Below, piece after piece: positions 39,101 to 52,400 of a stretch of 64,000 nt of DNA; position 1 is the stretch's first letter, and each line of letters starts with the position of its first letter. Source of the DNA: Azolla caroliniana (taxonomy: Eukaryota; Plantae; Polypodiophyta); contig JBHGNT010000009.1 in the NCBI GenBank assembly GCA_043228905.1, forward strand, positions 6,448,001 to 6,512,000, read 5' to 3'. The notes below the pieces were generated by a model that was not told the DNA's origin, ran no database searches, and saw only the letters and a list, made by a program, of their open reading frames with translations. A program made the position numbers and the translations under genes.

Positions 39101-40765
39101 GAGGGTTGCGCATTGCCGAACAAGACGACCGTAGTCGTGTGCCGGTTCCTAATTGAGGAGGTGGTGTGCCGATCCGGGTGCGTAGGAAAGATCATGGCTG
39201 ACCGGGGGGAGCTGGATGCGCAGAAAGCCGACGAGTTCTTCAGCCAGCTAGGGGTTAAGCTTTCCCTCACTACGGCATACAATCTGGAGGCGAATGGGAA
39301 GGTAGAGCACGGGCACAAGCCGATTGTGAAGGCGTTAGTATGGGCATGCGAAGGGCAAGTCGGGAATTGACCGTGGCTTCTACCTTACGCATTGTGGGCA
39401 GACCGAACTACACATAGTTTGGTAACCGGGTTCATGCCGACAGAGCTGATGTATGCGCAGAAGCCGATCATGCCAATGGAGCGGACGACTTCCTCGTGGA
39501 CGGCAATAGATTGGAGAGACGAGATGAGCCAGGAAGAGCTGTTGGCGGCGCGGATTCGACAACGCGAGCGAAGACCGGAGGACGTGGGGGGGGCGAAGGC
39601 GAAGTTGCACGTGACAAGGACAAAGAACAAGGGCTGGTTCGACCGAATGCACCGGCTACGACCAAAGAAGATCGAAGAAGGCGACTGGGTGCTAGTGTAC
39701 GACAACAGCCTCGACAACCAGCACAAGGGGCTACAGAAGTTCGCGAGGAGGTAGTTCGGGCCCTACGCCATAACAAGCACAAACGACAACTGCACTTACC
39801 ATCTCGTAGAGCTTCAAGGCCTTCAAGATGCGACACGAAGGCGAACTAGACCCGGCAAGTGCAGGCCACGACAACGACTAGGCCGAAGCAAACAGCGATC
39901 CGGAGAGCGAAGGGTGAGCGCGGGCCGGTCTTCTCTGGCAAAGGAGCTAATCTTACACATACCGGTGGATGCACGGTTTGGTGGTGGTGGATGTCGTGGA
40001 CAAAAATGACATTAAGCGGAATCAGTGTAAAAGGTGCATGAACTGGTCCTTATGCGCGGGCACAAGTATTGATAAGGTTTCTATATCTCTTTCTTATAAT
40101 CTATTTATATTCTTATCTGCCTTAAAATTCTCCTCTTCCTAGTCCAAAACCCTAATGGTTCCCACCCGACTCACTCAAATGATCTAGCGCCGAAAGGCAC
40201 AGCACATTTGGTGAACCCAACATGAAAACGGGTCGCAAGGAGATGGAGAATCAACAAGAGGCTAGCAACATGATAACGATGTTTGAGCGGATGCTACAAG
40301 AACAACACGCGATGTCAGAGATTGTGGTGACACTGGAGCGGCTTGTTCAACGGAACGGGCAATTCAACGGAAATGATGTGTCACGTTATTTGCGGGACTA
40401 CAAGGCGGAGATGCTATGGTGCAGAATACTGGAAGGATTGCAAGTGACATCCTTTAATCGAGTGCCTATTGATGGGCTTATCCACGGGATACGACAACAA
40501 AATCCAACATGGGCTTTGAAGAAGTGTTGAAGACCATGTTTGCTATCGAGGACTCCTCCAAGGCAACACGGAGAGGATTCAAAGATTGGGTGGAAACACC
40601 GACGTCGTGGAGAAAACCGGCCTTAGGCGGAATCAGTGTAAAAGGTGCATGAACCGGCCCTTATGCACGGAAACAAGTATTGATAAGGTGTACATAATTA
40701 GGAATAGGTCGGCTGATGTAAATATACTAGGTAGTACACATTTATTAGCTAGGAAATCAATGCGT

Positions 40766-43069
40766 TGTCGTGAAGATTTTCAACAATGGTGTGAAAATCG
40801 CATAAAACAGACGAAATCGAGTATGATTCATATAAAACAATAATAGTGAAAATACTATTTTAAATATCTTAGTACAATAAGATGGTGTCATGATATGGCA
40901 AGACTCGAACCCATAACCTTATGGTATATGGGTCGAGCTCTTAATCATCACACCATCTATTGTAATTCATAGGATATTATTTTCATTTATGTTTTATTAT
41001 AAGAAAGTAATGTATATTCCAGATTTCTCTAGAACATTCTAGAAGTTTCAGGATTACTCCTGACAACACTATAAAAGAAGGCACTAGGCATTATGTTGAA
41101 CCAAATTGGTTCAACGCCAGTCTTAAGCCTCTTAGCCATTTTGTACTTATCCTTCACATAATATATTGGTTGTTATCATCATCTCTCTCTCTCTCTCATC
41201 CTCATTATCTCTCTTTTCGCTTCTCTCTTTCTCTCTCTCTCGGGAGTCTTACGCAGTCCCGTCCTCTTAGTACTAATAGTACTGCTCTTCTTTAGTACTA
41301 ATTCCATCTCTGCTTAGTACTATTCCTGACAGATGGAGGTCTGCAAGAGCTTTAAAATGCACCTTACTACATAAGAAACAAGTTCGAGCACTTAGCCACA
41401 TCCAGTGATTTTGCTACATATGTCCATCTAGACAAAAGTAGCTCAAGTCCAACTATTTCTTATGTGCTCTTAACACATAGATGAATTATGATGGATCTCA
41501 ATGTGCTTATATAGCTGGGCCTAAAATTTTCCTTTCAATGTGGGATATTTAATAGTTTTATTTTTCTCTTTGCCTTTGCAAACTTCCTACCCACATAACT
41601 TGAGACTTAGATGTTTGTTTCTTATGTAGTAAGGTGCATTCGAAAGCTCTTGCAGACCTTCATCTTATTGTACTAAGATATTAAACATATTTTAAATAGT
41701 ATTTTCTACTTAATTATGTCGTGAAGATCCGTCACTACGCACGGATCGTGAGGCGGAACCATCGGGGTTCTGGACCGGAAGGACTCGAAGTTTGCACAAG
41801 CTTTAGCGAGAAAGGATTTAAGATAGATTGATAGAGACAGAGATTGAGATAAGATAGAACGCTTGATTTAAGAATGAGAGAACAAGGTATTCATCAAAAG
41901 GATCATGAATTTTCTTCTTAATATTAATTTTGATTTAAAGTACAAAGCTCTTGATAAGAATTTTACATTTCTTTTCCCCCTTAGATCTTTTTCATCCCCT
42001 CTTTTATATGCATCAAGGAACTCCGTAATGTTCCTTCCGTCAAATTGACCCTCAAGCTCAACGACACGGTCGACAGCCTTTCCCACACTTGCATCGTTGT
42101 CTCGAGATCTCATCATTTGTTCGAGGATCAACATCATCCTTTCGAACTCTCTCGCTAGATTGCTTGAGGACGCCATCTCCAAGTATCGATCGATCCTCGA
42201 TTTGATCCTTCTTGCCGCCTCTTTCACGTCGATTCACCACTTAATTATGTCGTGAAGATCCGTCACTATGTGCGGATCATGAGGTAGAATCACCGGGGTT
42301 CTGGACCGGAAGGACTCGAAGTACGCACAAGCTTTAGCGAGAAAGTATTTAAGATGGGTTGAGAGAGAGAGAAATTGACATTAAACACTTAACTTTAAAT
42401 TGAGAAATTGCATCCGGCAACTGGCGGTAACCAGCGACATCTGGCGACGGAGCCGGCGAACCAGCGTCATCCGGCGTCCGACGACTGGATAGATATATAA
42501 ATAAATAAATATATGTATACACATATATATATACACATGGAGTGCAAGTGTGGATTTAAACCTTGCACCTCCAAGTTGAGAGTCTATAGGTTTACCACTA
42601 AGCCAAGACATTTTCTAGAAATAATATTTTTGTCATTGTAACTTTACATGTAAATTCTCACACATGAGATCTAAAATGAGTGACGTGGTTATCATGCACC
42701 ACATGTAATACATGAGCGCCAAATGGCAAACATGCATTTTATGCATGTCTTGAACCCTCAAATGCATGAGGGCATCTATAAAAGAGGGGATGAAAAATAT
42801 CAAAGGGGGAAAAGAAATGTAAAATTCTTATCAAGAGCTTTGTACTTTAAATCAAAATTAATATTAAGAAGAAAATTTGTGATCCTTTTGATGATATACC
42901 TTGTTCTCTCAATCTTAAATCAAGCGTTCTATCTTATCTCAATCTCTCTCTTTGTCAATCTATCTTAAATCCTTTCTTGCTAAAGCTTGTGCAAACTTCG
43001 AGTCCTTCCGGTCCAGACCCCCGGTGGTTCCGCCTCACGATCCGCGCGTAGTGAAGGATCTTCACGACA
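40766..43069 (+). mobile_element. Gypsy LTR insertion with an internal inverted segment
   Basis: 12-bp inverted termini TGTCGTGAAGAT..ATCTTCACGACA, TSD GCGT/GTGT; interrupts the element-A LTR copy. Confidence 0.75.
40886..41331 (+). mobile_element. Solo LTR of the chromovirus family
   Basis: Reverse-complement match to 6385-6870; perfect 5-bp TSD GATGG. Confidence 0.93.
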
Positions 43070-44716
43070 GTGTGTCTCTGTCCGAAGGGACAGAGAATAA
43101 AGATGATGTATTCAGGATGTGATGGCGCTCCCCGACGGCCTATAAAAGAGAGGGGAGAAGGTTGAAACAGGTATCCTGTTTTGGCGAGGACAAAGTGTTG
43201 TCGGACTGGGGACTGAGCTTTCTCCTCCTTTATCGTTGTTCTCTATAGGTTTCTAGAACGGCTGCCCCTGCTTCAAGGAAATCCCGAGTGCTTCCAGCAA
43301 AGGCTCCACTGTGTGTGTGCATTGGGTCTGTTACCGGCATGCCGGTTGTAATCTCACGGGCGTTGTAACCCTTTATAGTTGAAATTAATTCTCCAGTTCA
43401 TTTTCTCTCTGTGTTTCTACGTGCTTTCCCCTTTCACTATTTGGTGGGTGTGTATCTCTGTTCATTCTGTACACGCGGTCATGATCCATTTGGCTGGTAA
43501 GCGCTACTTACCGGAAGCCGGTGTCCGCCGGTTCGACGCTTGCACTCTCCTATCTCCCCTTGTTTCTTGCACTCCTCGGTCCAAGGCCTCCATGGTCCCT
43601 CCTTAGTTTCCTACGCGAGATCGTAACAACACGACACCGGACAAGAGGCTGAAGATCGTCGATGTGTTTTCGGCATTCGAAAGTCGATTCGGGAGGTTGT
43701 CCGTGAGAGATCAAGCTATCCTCGCACTGGACAAAGTGATCATGTTCTTACGAGCCGTGGACGTTCGGGACCTGAAAGATCTTGGAGTGCTTCTAGAGGA
43801 TACGACTACTGAGAGTGGCCTCACCAATACATGGGAAAACGTGCGGGACATCTTCACACAATACACAAAGAGGGGGCAATGTCTCGGTAATGAAGAAAAG
43901 TGAATTTCGGAACCAATCTCGAGGCCAAGTCCCGGATTGGAAGATCACCAACCACGACCTCGGGAGAGTACGACCAAAAAGGGAATCGATGTGACCATGA
44001 TGGCGGAATTGCTGAAAGAGATGGAAAATCTCAAGATTGCCATGGTGAAGAAATCGGAAGACCATCCCACGAGTTCGAAATACATAGATCGTCGATGCAT
44101 ATGGTGCGATAGCACCAAACATGATCAGAAAGATTGTGATGAGCATGAAGCTCTACGACGGGATCTCATCTACTACGAGGGAAATCGGATCCATTTGATG
44201 GACTCCTGGAAGCCACTTCGACCAAACTTCCGAAAGGGCGGCATGAAGAAGATCTTAGAGGAGGAGATTGCAACATAAAGCAAATATGCGACGACTACGG
44301 GAATACGTGTGGGAGAAACATCTAGAACGAAGTCGTCTTTCTGGCCGGAAGTGCTAGAAATCTCTGAGAAAATCGACTCTAATGAGATCTGAAGCACCGC
44401 GGAAGGCATCCGAGAGGCTACGGGATGGGATTGCCCCATAGACAAGAATAGCTTTTATGCCCTATGCCAATTACGTGAGCTATATGTAGATGAGAAACGA
44501 CGGCGCACATATGATGCGGTCGGACCATCGAAGATACCGAAGAGCTAGAATTTCAAAGGAAAAGGAAAAGGGGAAACTATTCTGGCATTCAAACTCGCGT
44601 CGGAAATCGAACAACAAACAGATCTAAAGAAGGTGTTTGAAGAGAAAATCCTTGATAGTCGGGTGGAATTTTCTCTCCAAGAATTGCTCGAAATAGCAAA
44701 GAAAGAGTTCCACGAT

Positions 44717-45442
44717 CTCCTCGTTAACCTCGTGAAGAGAAAGAGGCAAGCTACGGAAGAATCGAATGCTCGAAGGGTGAATGTGAATACTGTAATGAAC
44801 GACACGGAAGTGGAGGATGAGATTCCAAACTCTCACTACACAAAGTCACATTGGGCATGAGCAACTACGGAGACTCCGGTCCGAATTGGAAACATCAAAG
44901 AGCCTGTCGTTGCATTGATTGATCATGGATCGGATATCAATCTGATGTCCAAGGAGTTCTCCTCGTTAACCTTGTGAAGAGAAAGAGGCAAGCTACGGAA
45001 GAATCGAATGCTCGAAGGGTGAATGTGAATACTGTAATGAACAACACGGAAGTGGAGGATGAGATTCCAAACTCTCACTACACAAAGTCACACTGGGCAT
45101 GAGCAACTACGGAGACTCCGGTCCGAATTGGAAACATCAAAGAGCCTGTCGTTGCATTGATTGATCATGGATCGGATATCAATCTGATGTCCAAGGAGTT
45201 CTCCTCGTTAACCTCGTGAAGAGAAAGAGGCAAGCTACGGAAGAATCGAATGCTCGAAGGGTGAATGCGAATACTGTAATGAACGACACGGAAGTGGAGG
45301 ATGAGATTCCAAACTCTCACTACACAAAGTCACACTAGGTATGAGCAACTACAGAGGCTCTGGTCCGAATTGGAAACATCAAAGAGCTCATCGTTGCATT
45401 GATTGATCATGGATCGGATATCAATCTGATGTCCAAGGAGTT
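44717..45442 (+). repeat. Tandem triplication of a 242-bp unit covering the protease active site
   Basis: Units start at 44717, 44959 and 45201; each carries the ALIDHGSDINLMSKEF codons. Confidence 0.92.
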
Positions 45443-47237
45443 CTACCAGAAGGGGGAGTGGCCTATTAACACCAATCATGGATGGAAGATCCGGGCAGCC
45501 ACTAAAGCAATGGAAGACCTATTTGCAGCTTGTCGAGATGTGACGGTGAAGATCAGAGATGTGGAGATTGACCAAAATTTCTTCGTGCAAGATAAAGTCT
45601 CACATTTTGTGATCCTCGGGAAACCCTTTATCACGGCTTCACGGATGGAAAAAAAGGTGTTGGATAGCGGAGCGGCTTTTGCACGGATTCGGAGCCAAAG
45701 CGGAGGGAAAACCATCCAACTCCTATTTGTGTCATCGAATCTCGAAAGGAACAAGAGAGAGCTCGTCTCAAACAAAAATGGATTTTTAAAGCGGATTGTT
45801 GCAAAGTGGGGAAGTCATAGTCCGAGAAGCCCTGATACCCCACACTCTCGGAGCAAAACAAGTGCGAATCGGTCCAGATGGGGCATCTACATACATGGTC
45901 GTGACCGGAGAAATGAAGAAAGGACTCCGGAAGATGCAAGATGAGCTACAGTCTGCAACAATCATAAAAGAGGATGAAGAAATCATGGAAGTAGTCGAAG
46001 AAGTGTTCTATGGGAGCACACTACAACGGAAGAGAATAGCCAAGAAGATCAGGTAGTTCAGGTGGAATCGGTCAAGATGTACGAGATCATTGCGAAAATG
46101 GGGCTAGATGTCCTCCACAAAGAAGAAGTAATGGTATGTATGAAATACAAGACCGTAGAAAAGAAGGTGAAACCATTTGTGGAACCATTACCCGCCAATA
46201 GTGAACAAAAGAGGAAAGAAGTCTCGGGAGATCCAACACTTCGAAAGTTTGTGGATATCGGACATACCTTCACGAACTCCGGATGGGTGGAGATAGGTTC
46301 CTCTCACCGACGGAAGAAGAAATATTTCGTGAGATGTTGGAGCAACATGGAAAAGCATTTGCATTCACATCAAGAGAGATAGGGTGCATCGATCCGAAGA
46401 TAGTTGAGCCGATGGTGATCTTCACCATTCAACATGTGTCATGGAACCTGAAGCCAATTCCGGTGCCATGGGCGTATATTCCGAAAATCATTGACTTGCT
46501 CAAGGGGAAGGTGGCGATGGGGATTCTAGAGCCATCAAATGTCCCGTACTCAAATCGATGATTTACGGTTCCGAAGAAGAATGGGTCACTCCGATTCATT
46601 CAAGATTTGCAACCGATGAACAAGGTCACGATTCAGAACTCTAGAGTCGGTTCGATAGTAGATGAATTTGCAGAAGTGTTTGCCAGACGTGCGATATACT
46701 CCATGGGAGACCTATACTCCGGGTATCACCAATTCCAACTAGTCGTGGAGAGACGAGATATCATTACAATGCGGACACCGATAGGATTAGTCCGGATGTG
46801 TACGCTACCACAAGGAGCAACAAACTCGGTGGCACATATGATGAATGCGATGAACAAAGTGCTCCGAGATTGCATTCGGGAGATAACAATGTCGTTCCTA
46901 GATGGCATTCCAATGAAAGGATGTGCGGTGGAAGAAATGGATGAGAATATGGATGATCAGTGATGTCGTAAGTTCGTGGTCGACCATATTCGCGACTGTG
47001 AGAAAGTCTTATAGAAGTTAGAAGATGTGCACTTAACACTCTCCGGAGAGAAATCGGCATTCGGACAAGAAGAGATATTGGTAGTCGGACATCTATGTGG
47101 GCCCTACAGCCGAAGACTGTCACCAATCAAGGTTGATGCGATTCAAGCTATGAAAGAAATATGCGAGTCACAATTTGAAGTCTGTAGATTTCTTGGTGCG
47201 TGTGCATTTTATCACATATGGATTCCGTACTATGCAC

Positions 47238-47622
47238 CATAGTTCCTAATATTTGCGTACGTCCAATTTACTGGACGTACGCGAACGTTTGCAAACGTAC
47301 GCGTATGATACGCGATATTCGTTTGGCTTTTTCTTTTACTTTTTGACTTTTTTTGGGTTTTTTTAATTTTTGATATTCATAATTCTTTGTGAATAGAAGT
47401 GACGTCTAACACACATACACACACACACTCTCTCTCTCACACGAGAACTGACAGATTTTCTCTCTCTACAAAATCTAGATATCTAATATACATATTACAC
47501 ACTCCCTCACACAGACGAAACCCATAGCTCCTCTCTCTCTCTCTCTCTCTAGAGTCTAGATATACACTCAATCATTGTCTCCTCACACATGCAAAACAGG
47601 GCTTCTCTCTCTAGACCACACA

Positions 47623-47715
<93 letters not shown>

Positions 47716-47876
47716 CTCACACACACACACACTATGTACACCATATACACCATATGTATATATATATATGTACCGCGTATGGATTTCAATCATACTTGGA
47801 GCCTTTTCACGTATGAGTATGATACGAATATTGGCGTTTGAGTATGACACGAATGGGACGTATGGCTAGAACTATG
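47238..47876. mobile_element. Non-autonomous hAT-like DNA transposon (MITE) with a long (CT)n tract
   Basis: 8-bp TSD CTATGCAC (47230-47237, 47877-47884), TIR CATAGTTC..GAACTATG; host pol YYAH|IAS rejoins across it. Confidence 0.85.
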
Positions 47877-47944
47877 CTATGCACACATTGCAAGCTCACT
47901 CTATCACTTGTTGCGGAAGGGTAAGAAGTTCGAATGGAGACCGG

Positions 47945-49432
47945 TGTCGCGAAAATACAACGAGGATACGTGAACGTTGAGGTAGGACCCCAGGGCCTCT
48001 GACCGGAAAATATTCACATTCGTGCGTTTATATTAAACAATTAATACAAAATGATAAAGATTCACAAATTTCATTAATAAAGGGAAAGAAAGATTACAAT
48101 CAATCTCAAGATTGAGATTACAAAAGTTTTATCTTAAGGAGATTGCTAGAATAATAGATTAGAAGAAACTAAGATATGGATTCCATAGAGATTTAGGGTT
48201 CTTGGCTTTGATAAGAGATTATGGTTATATGAGTATTATGGCTTCCGTAGGGAAGATTAGCGTTTTTTAGTGTTATGGCTTCCGTAGGGAAGATTAGGGT
48301 TTTTGGATTCCGTAAGGAAATTAGGGTTTATGAAAGATATTACTTCCCTACGATAAGGGAGTTGAGAAGGAAAAGAAAAAGAAATATATCATATGGAGAG
48401 AGCTCTCTCATATAGGAAAAAAAATGGAATTATATATGGAGTTCCTCATTGATCATATGCCTCCACTTTTTGTTGCATGGCCTCTACTTTTAGTTGCATA
48501 GCTTTTCTTTTCGTTGAATCTATTTTTAGTTGCATGGCTTTTTCTTTAGTTGCATGGCTTTTTCTTTAGTTGCATGCAACCGTCCACTTGACCTTTACTT
48601 TAGTCTCTTTTACCTTTCTTTAAATAGCCACATGATCCTTTTATCCGTTCGATTTGCGTCCAACCTCGTACGGTCGCCGGTTCCGCCCAATCGTCGAATC
48701 CCTCGTCGGCCGGTTCCATTTTGCTTGCCGGCCGGTTCCAGTTTTGCTTGCCGGCCGGTTCCAGTTTTGCTTGTCGGCCAGTTTCGGTTTGCTACCAAAG
48801 ATGTCGCGAAAATACGACGAGGATACGTGAACGTTGAGGCAGGACCCCGGGGCCTTTGACTAGAGGATATCAAATTCGTGTATTTATGTACTAAGAATTA
48901 ACCGAAATGAGAAAGATTAACAAATTTCATTAACAAGTAGAAAGAAAGATTACAATTAATCCCAAGATTGGGATTACAAAAAAAATTTGCTAATGGAGAT
49001 GGCTAGAGTAATGGATTAGAGGAAATTAAGATATGAATTCTATAGAAAATTAAGGTTTTTGGTTTTGATAAGAGATTATGGTTTTATGAGTTGATTAGCT
49101 TCCGTATGGAAATTTAGGGTTATGAGTAAGATATGGCTTCCGTAAGGAAATTAGGGTTTACTTGAGAGATATGGCTTCGATAAGATAAGGGAGTTCAAGG
49201 TGCTTATATAGCCAGGGCCTTAACTTTCCTATCTATGTGGGATAGTTCTAATTTCCCTATCTTCTCAAACTTCATTTTCACATAACTTGATATGTATTTC
49301 TCCATTTTGTATATAGTAAAATACATTTTGAAGCTCTTAAGTATATCCATCTTTCTGTAGTAAGCTACTAATCTAATCTATAATAATTATTTCGTTATTT
49401 TTTTTACATAGTGTGAGAAGATTCACACAACA
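47945..49432 (-). mobile_element. Two-LTR deletion derivative (TRIM-like) of the Gypsy family
   Basis: TSD CCGG on both sides; 47945-48350 is repeated at 48802-49200; PBS-like TGGTAGCA follows the LTR end at 48802; no coding region. Confidence 0.75.
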
Positions 49433-52400
49433 CCGGAACATACCAAAGCCATGAAGAAGCTTAAGAAAACACTACGGAGGGTAGAAGCACTTAAGAAGCC
49501 AAACTATGACTGATGGTTGATACAAGTCCAACTGGGATCGGATGGGTCGTCAACCAAGTCAACTCAGATGATTCACGATACCCGATTCGATTCGGAGCAA
49601 AGGTTCTTAACAAAAGGCAACACGAATATGCACAAGTTAACAGAGAATTATGGAGTCGTGTCGGCAATAAAATCAGATCGAGATTATTTGATAGGAGCCA
49701 AAGTAGTGATAGAAACGGAGTATCCTCCAATACTCGGGATGATGCGATGTTGCACGGTACCGGATGTGGCTATGCTACGATGGATTGCATATTTAAAGTC
49801 ATTTAATCCGGAGGTTTGACACATCTGTGGAAAAGACAACACGGTAGCGGATATGTTATCAAGGGCCCGGTTCAAAGATGACATAGTCAAATCGGCTAAT
49901 GAAGCTTTGCTTCGGAGCACATATGCCGGGTGAACGTGAATTGGGAGTTCCAAGAAGACGAATACAAGGGAGAAAGCTTACCGATCAGGAAAGTGCTATA
50001 AGAAATCGAGGAATCATCGGACAATAAAGAAAAGAGAACCGAGATCTAAAGGAAGAAACGGCAAGTCCGGAAGTTCTTCTTGAACAATGGAATAATTTGG
50101 AGGGAGCCGAAAAGGCCAGATGGTATACCACTTCGGGTAGTCGGCACAAAGGAACAACGGAAACAAGTAATATCCGAATTTCACGAATCCAATTGGGCTG
50201 GACATTGGGGAACATGGACAACATTTGCAAAGATCAAGCAAAAATATTGGTGGAAGAACATGTACAAGGATGTAGCGGAGTTCACCGAAAGCTGCGAGAA
50301 ATGTCAAATCTACTCCGGAGTTCAACACCGAGATGAATTACATCCGACAATCTCACCGACAATCAACTTTAAATGGATGGTAGATATCGTGGCCATGCCA
50401 ACTGGGATTAGGAAAAAGAAGTACTTGGTGCTAGCTCGTGAGGATCTGACGAACCAAGTAGAAGGCCGAGCGCTACAGAAAAAAACATGTTCTGCAGTAT
50501 GTCAATTTCTCCTAGAAGAAGTGTTCTACAGGTACGGGTGCGTAGAACAAGTGATTGCGGATTGGGGAGAACTTGACTCTGATAAAGCTAGGGAATTCTT
50601 CACTAAATATGGAGTATGGCTGACACTAACCACTGCATACAACCTAGAAGAAAATGGGAAATCGAACGAGCACATAGTCCAATCACGAAAGCACTTGCAA
50701 AAGCGTGCAACGGGAGGGTGAAGAATTGGCCGCAAATGATTCCGTATGCACTATGGGCAGATCGCAGACGCATAGTTCCATGACCGGATATATGCCAACG
50801 GAACTTATGACCAGACAAGCTCTGGTAATGCCTACGGAAACCGCAATTACAACATGGACAATGCTACCATGGAAGGAAGAGATGAGTCGGGAAGAACTAC
50901 AGGCAGTCCGGATACTATAGCTAGAAGGAAGACCGGAAGACGTAGTGTAAGCGGTGGACCGACAACAAGAAGCGCGATTTCGGAACAAACATCAATTCGA
51001 TAAAAAGCACCGACTTAGACCACGGAAAATTGGAGAAGGGGATTGGGTGATAGTCTACGACAGTAGTCTGGATCATCAACACAACTCAACACGCAAATTT
51101 GCTAAAAGGTGGTTTGAACCATACGAATTTCGAAAAGCATTCGACAACGGAACTTACCGGCCAAGTGAGCTAGATGGAACAATTCTTCGAGTGCCTATAG
51201 TGGGGAAGCAGGTGAAGATTTTCAAGAAGCGAATTAACGACGAACGCTACATAGGCTTAGATAAAACCGACATAAAGGAGCAATTGGATAACGATCACAA
51301 AGGTGCAGAAACTGAGGAAAGTGAGCTGGATTTAATAACCGACATAGGGGAAGAGATAGAGCATACTTCGGATGAAGAAGAGTAATAAGTACCAGAAACT
51401 TCGGCACATACCGAAGGATGTGTAGGTTTGGAGGGGGTGAGTGTCGTAGTGTACTTTGTACACTACGTAAAATATGTGTGGAGTACCCGATTGACTAAGT
51501 ATAAAGAAATAGGAGAAAATACTAAAATAATTATGTTACATGCATAGGGCAAGACTTGAACCTTGTACCTCCATTTTAATACTTTGTAGCTTTACCATTG
51601 TACTAACACATCATAAGTGTTACCATATACACTTATAAGGTTATTTCATGGATATTTTTTAGGAAAAGCTACTTTTACACGAAGAGTGCATAAAACTTTA
51701 GTTAAAAGAAAATGCATGATCGAGAAAACTATTCTTGCACATCTCACAGTTATTCATGCATATCTGGTATGCATGAACAATTTAGAAAAAGCATGATGTT
51801 TACCATGTGGTAGATGATACTTAGCCTCTTCCATCACTATATAAAAGGTGGTGAGCAAATTGTAATGGGTTGTTGTTGATTTGGGGTTCTAAATATTGAT
51901 CAAATTGTCTATATTCGGGTGATTCCCAATTTTCAATTCATCTTTTCTAATCTAATCCAATTTACTATTAGAATTCTAAGGGTTGAATAATATAATACAA
52001 TACACTCATAGGATTTACGAGGTTTCTATATCTCTTTCTTATAATCTATTTATATGCTTATCTGCCTAAAAATTCTCCTCCTCCTAGTCCAAAACACTAG
52101 TGGTTCCCACCCAACTCATGCAAACAATCCGACGCCGAAAGGCACAACAACGCTTATTGAGTAGAGCGTGTCACAAAGCTCCTTGATCTTCAAGGTGTAG
52201 CTTGTGATGGACATATCCCTTTGCTGGATGTTGTTCAACTCTTGGCAAAGTTGAAGCTTTCGTGTCGTCGTATTGGCGACAAATATCTTCTTGAGATTTT
52301 CCCAAGATTATTTCAGCGTCTTAGCTTCCCGAATATAGCCAAGCATGTGGTCATGGACACATGTTGCCAAGCAATACATCACTCGGCTTGCCGCTTGCTC

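Larger units (their letters stand above)
34190..43636 (+). mobile_element. Ty3/Gypsy non-chromovirus element A inserted in gag of element B
   Basis: 5' LTR 34190-34929, degenerate Trp PBS at about 34934, PR 36137-36742, RT 37165-38214, RH/IN 38303-39754, PPT then LTR start 39992, LTR copy 40603-40765 plus 43070-43636, TSD CCGA/CCGG. Confidence 0.88.
33133..52149 (+). mobile_element. Ty3/Gypsy non-chromovirus element B, host to several insertions
   Basis: 5' LTR 33133-33782 (about 100 bp missing at its start) matches 3' LTR 51442-52149. PBS TGGTGAACCCAACGTGAA 33787-33804. Gag DWVETP|DKRLK is split at 34190/43637. PR, RT (FLDG), RH and IN run to 51385. PPT 51429-51441. Confidence 0.9.

Noticed and set aside
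40848-41706. MITE with TIRs of about 85 bp
   Set aside because: Both arms resemble the U3 of this Gypsy family (compare 13340-13420 and 49310-49400), and I see no TSD.
47575-47850. ORFs with SLSL/ERER tracts (also 6380-6577, 30099-30376)
   Set aside because: Translations of (CT)n, (GA)n and (CA)n microsatellites.
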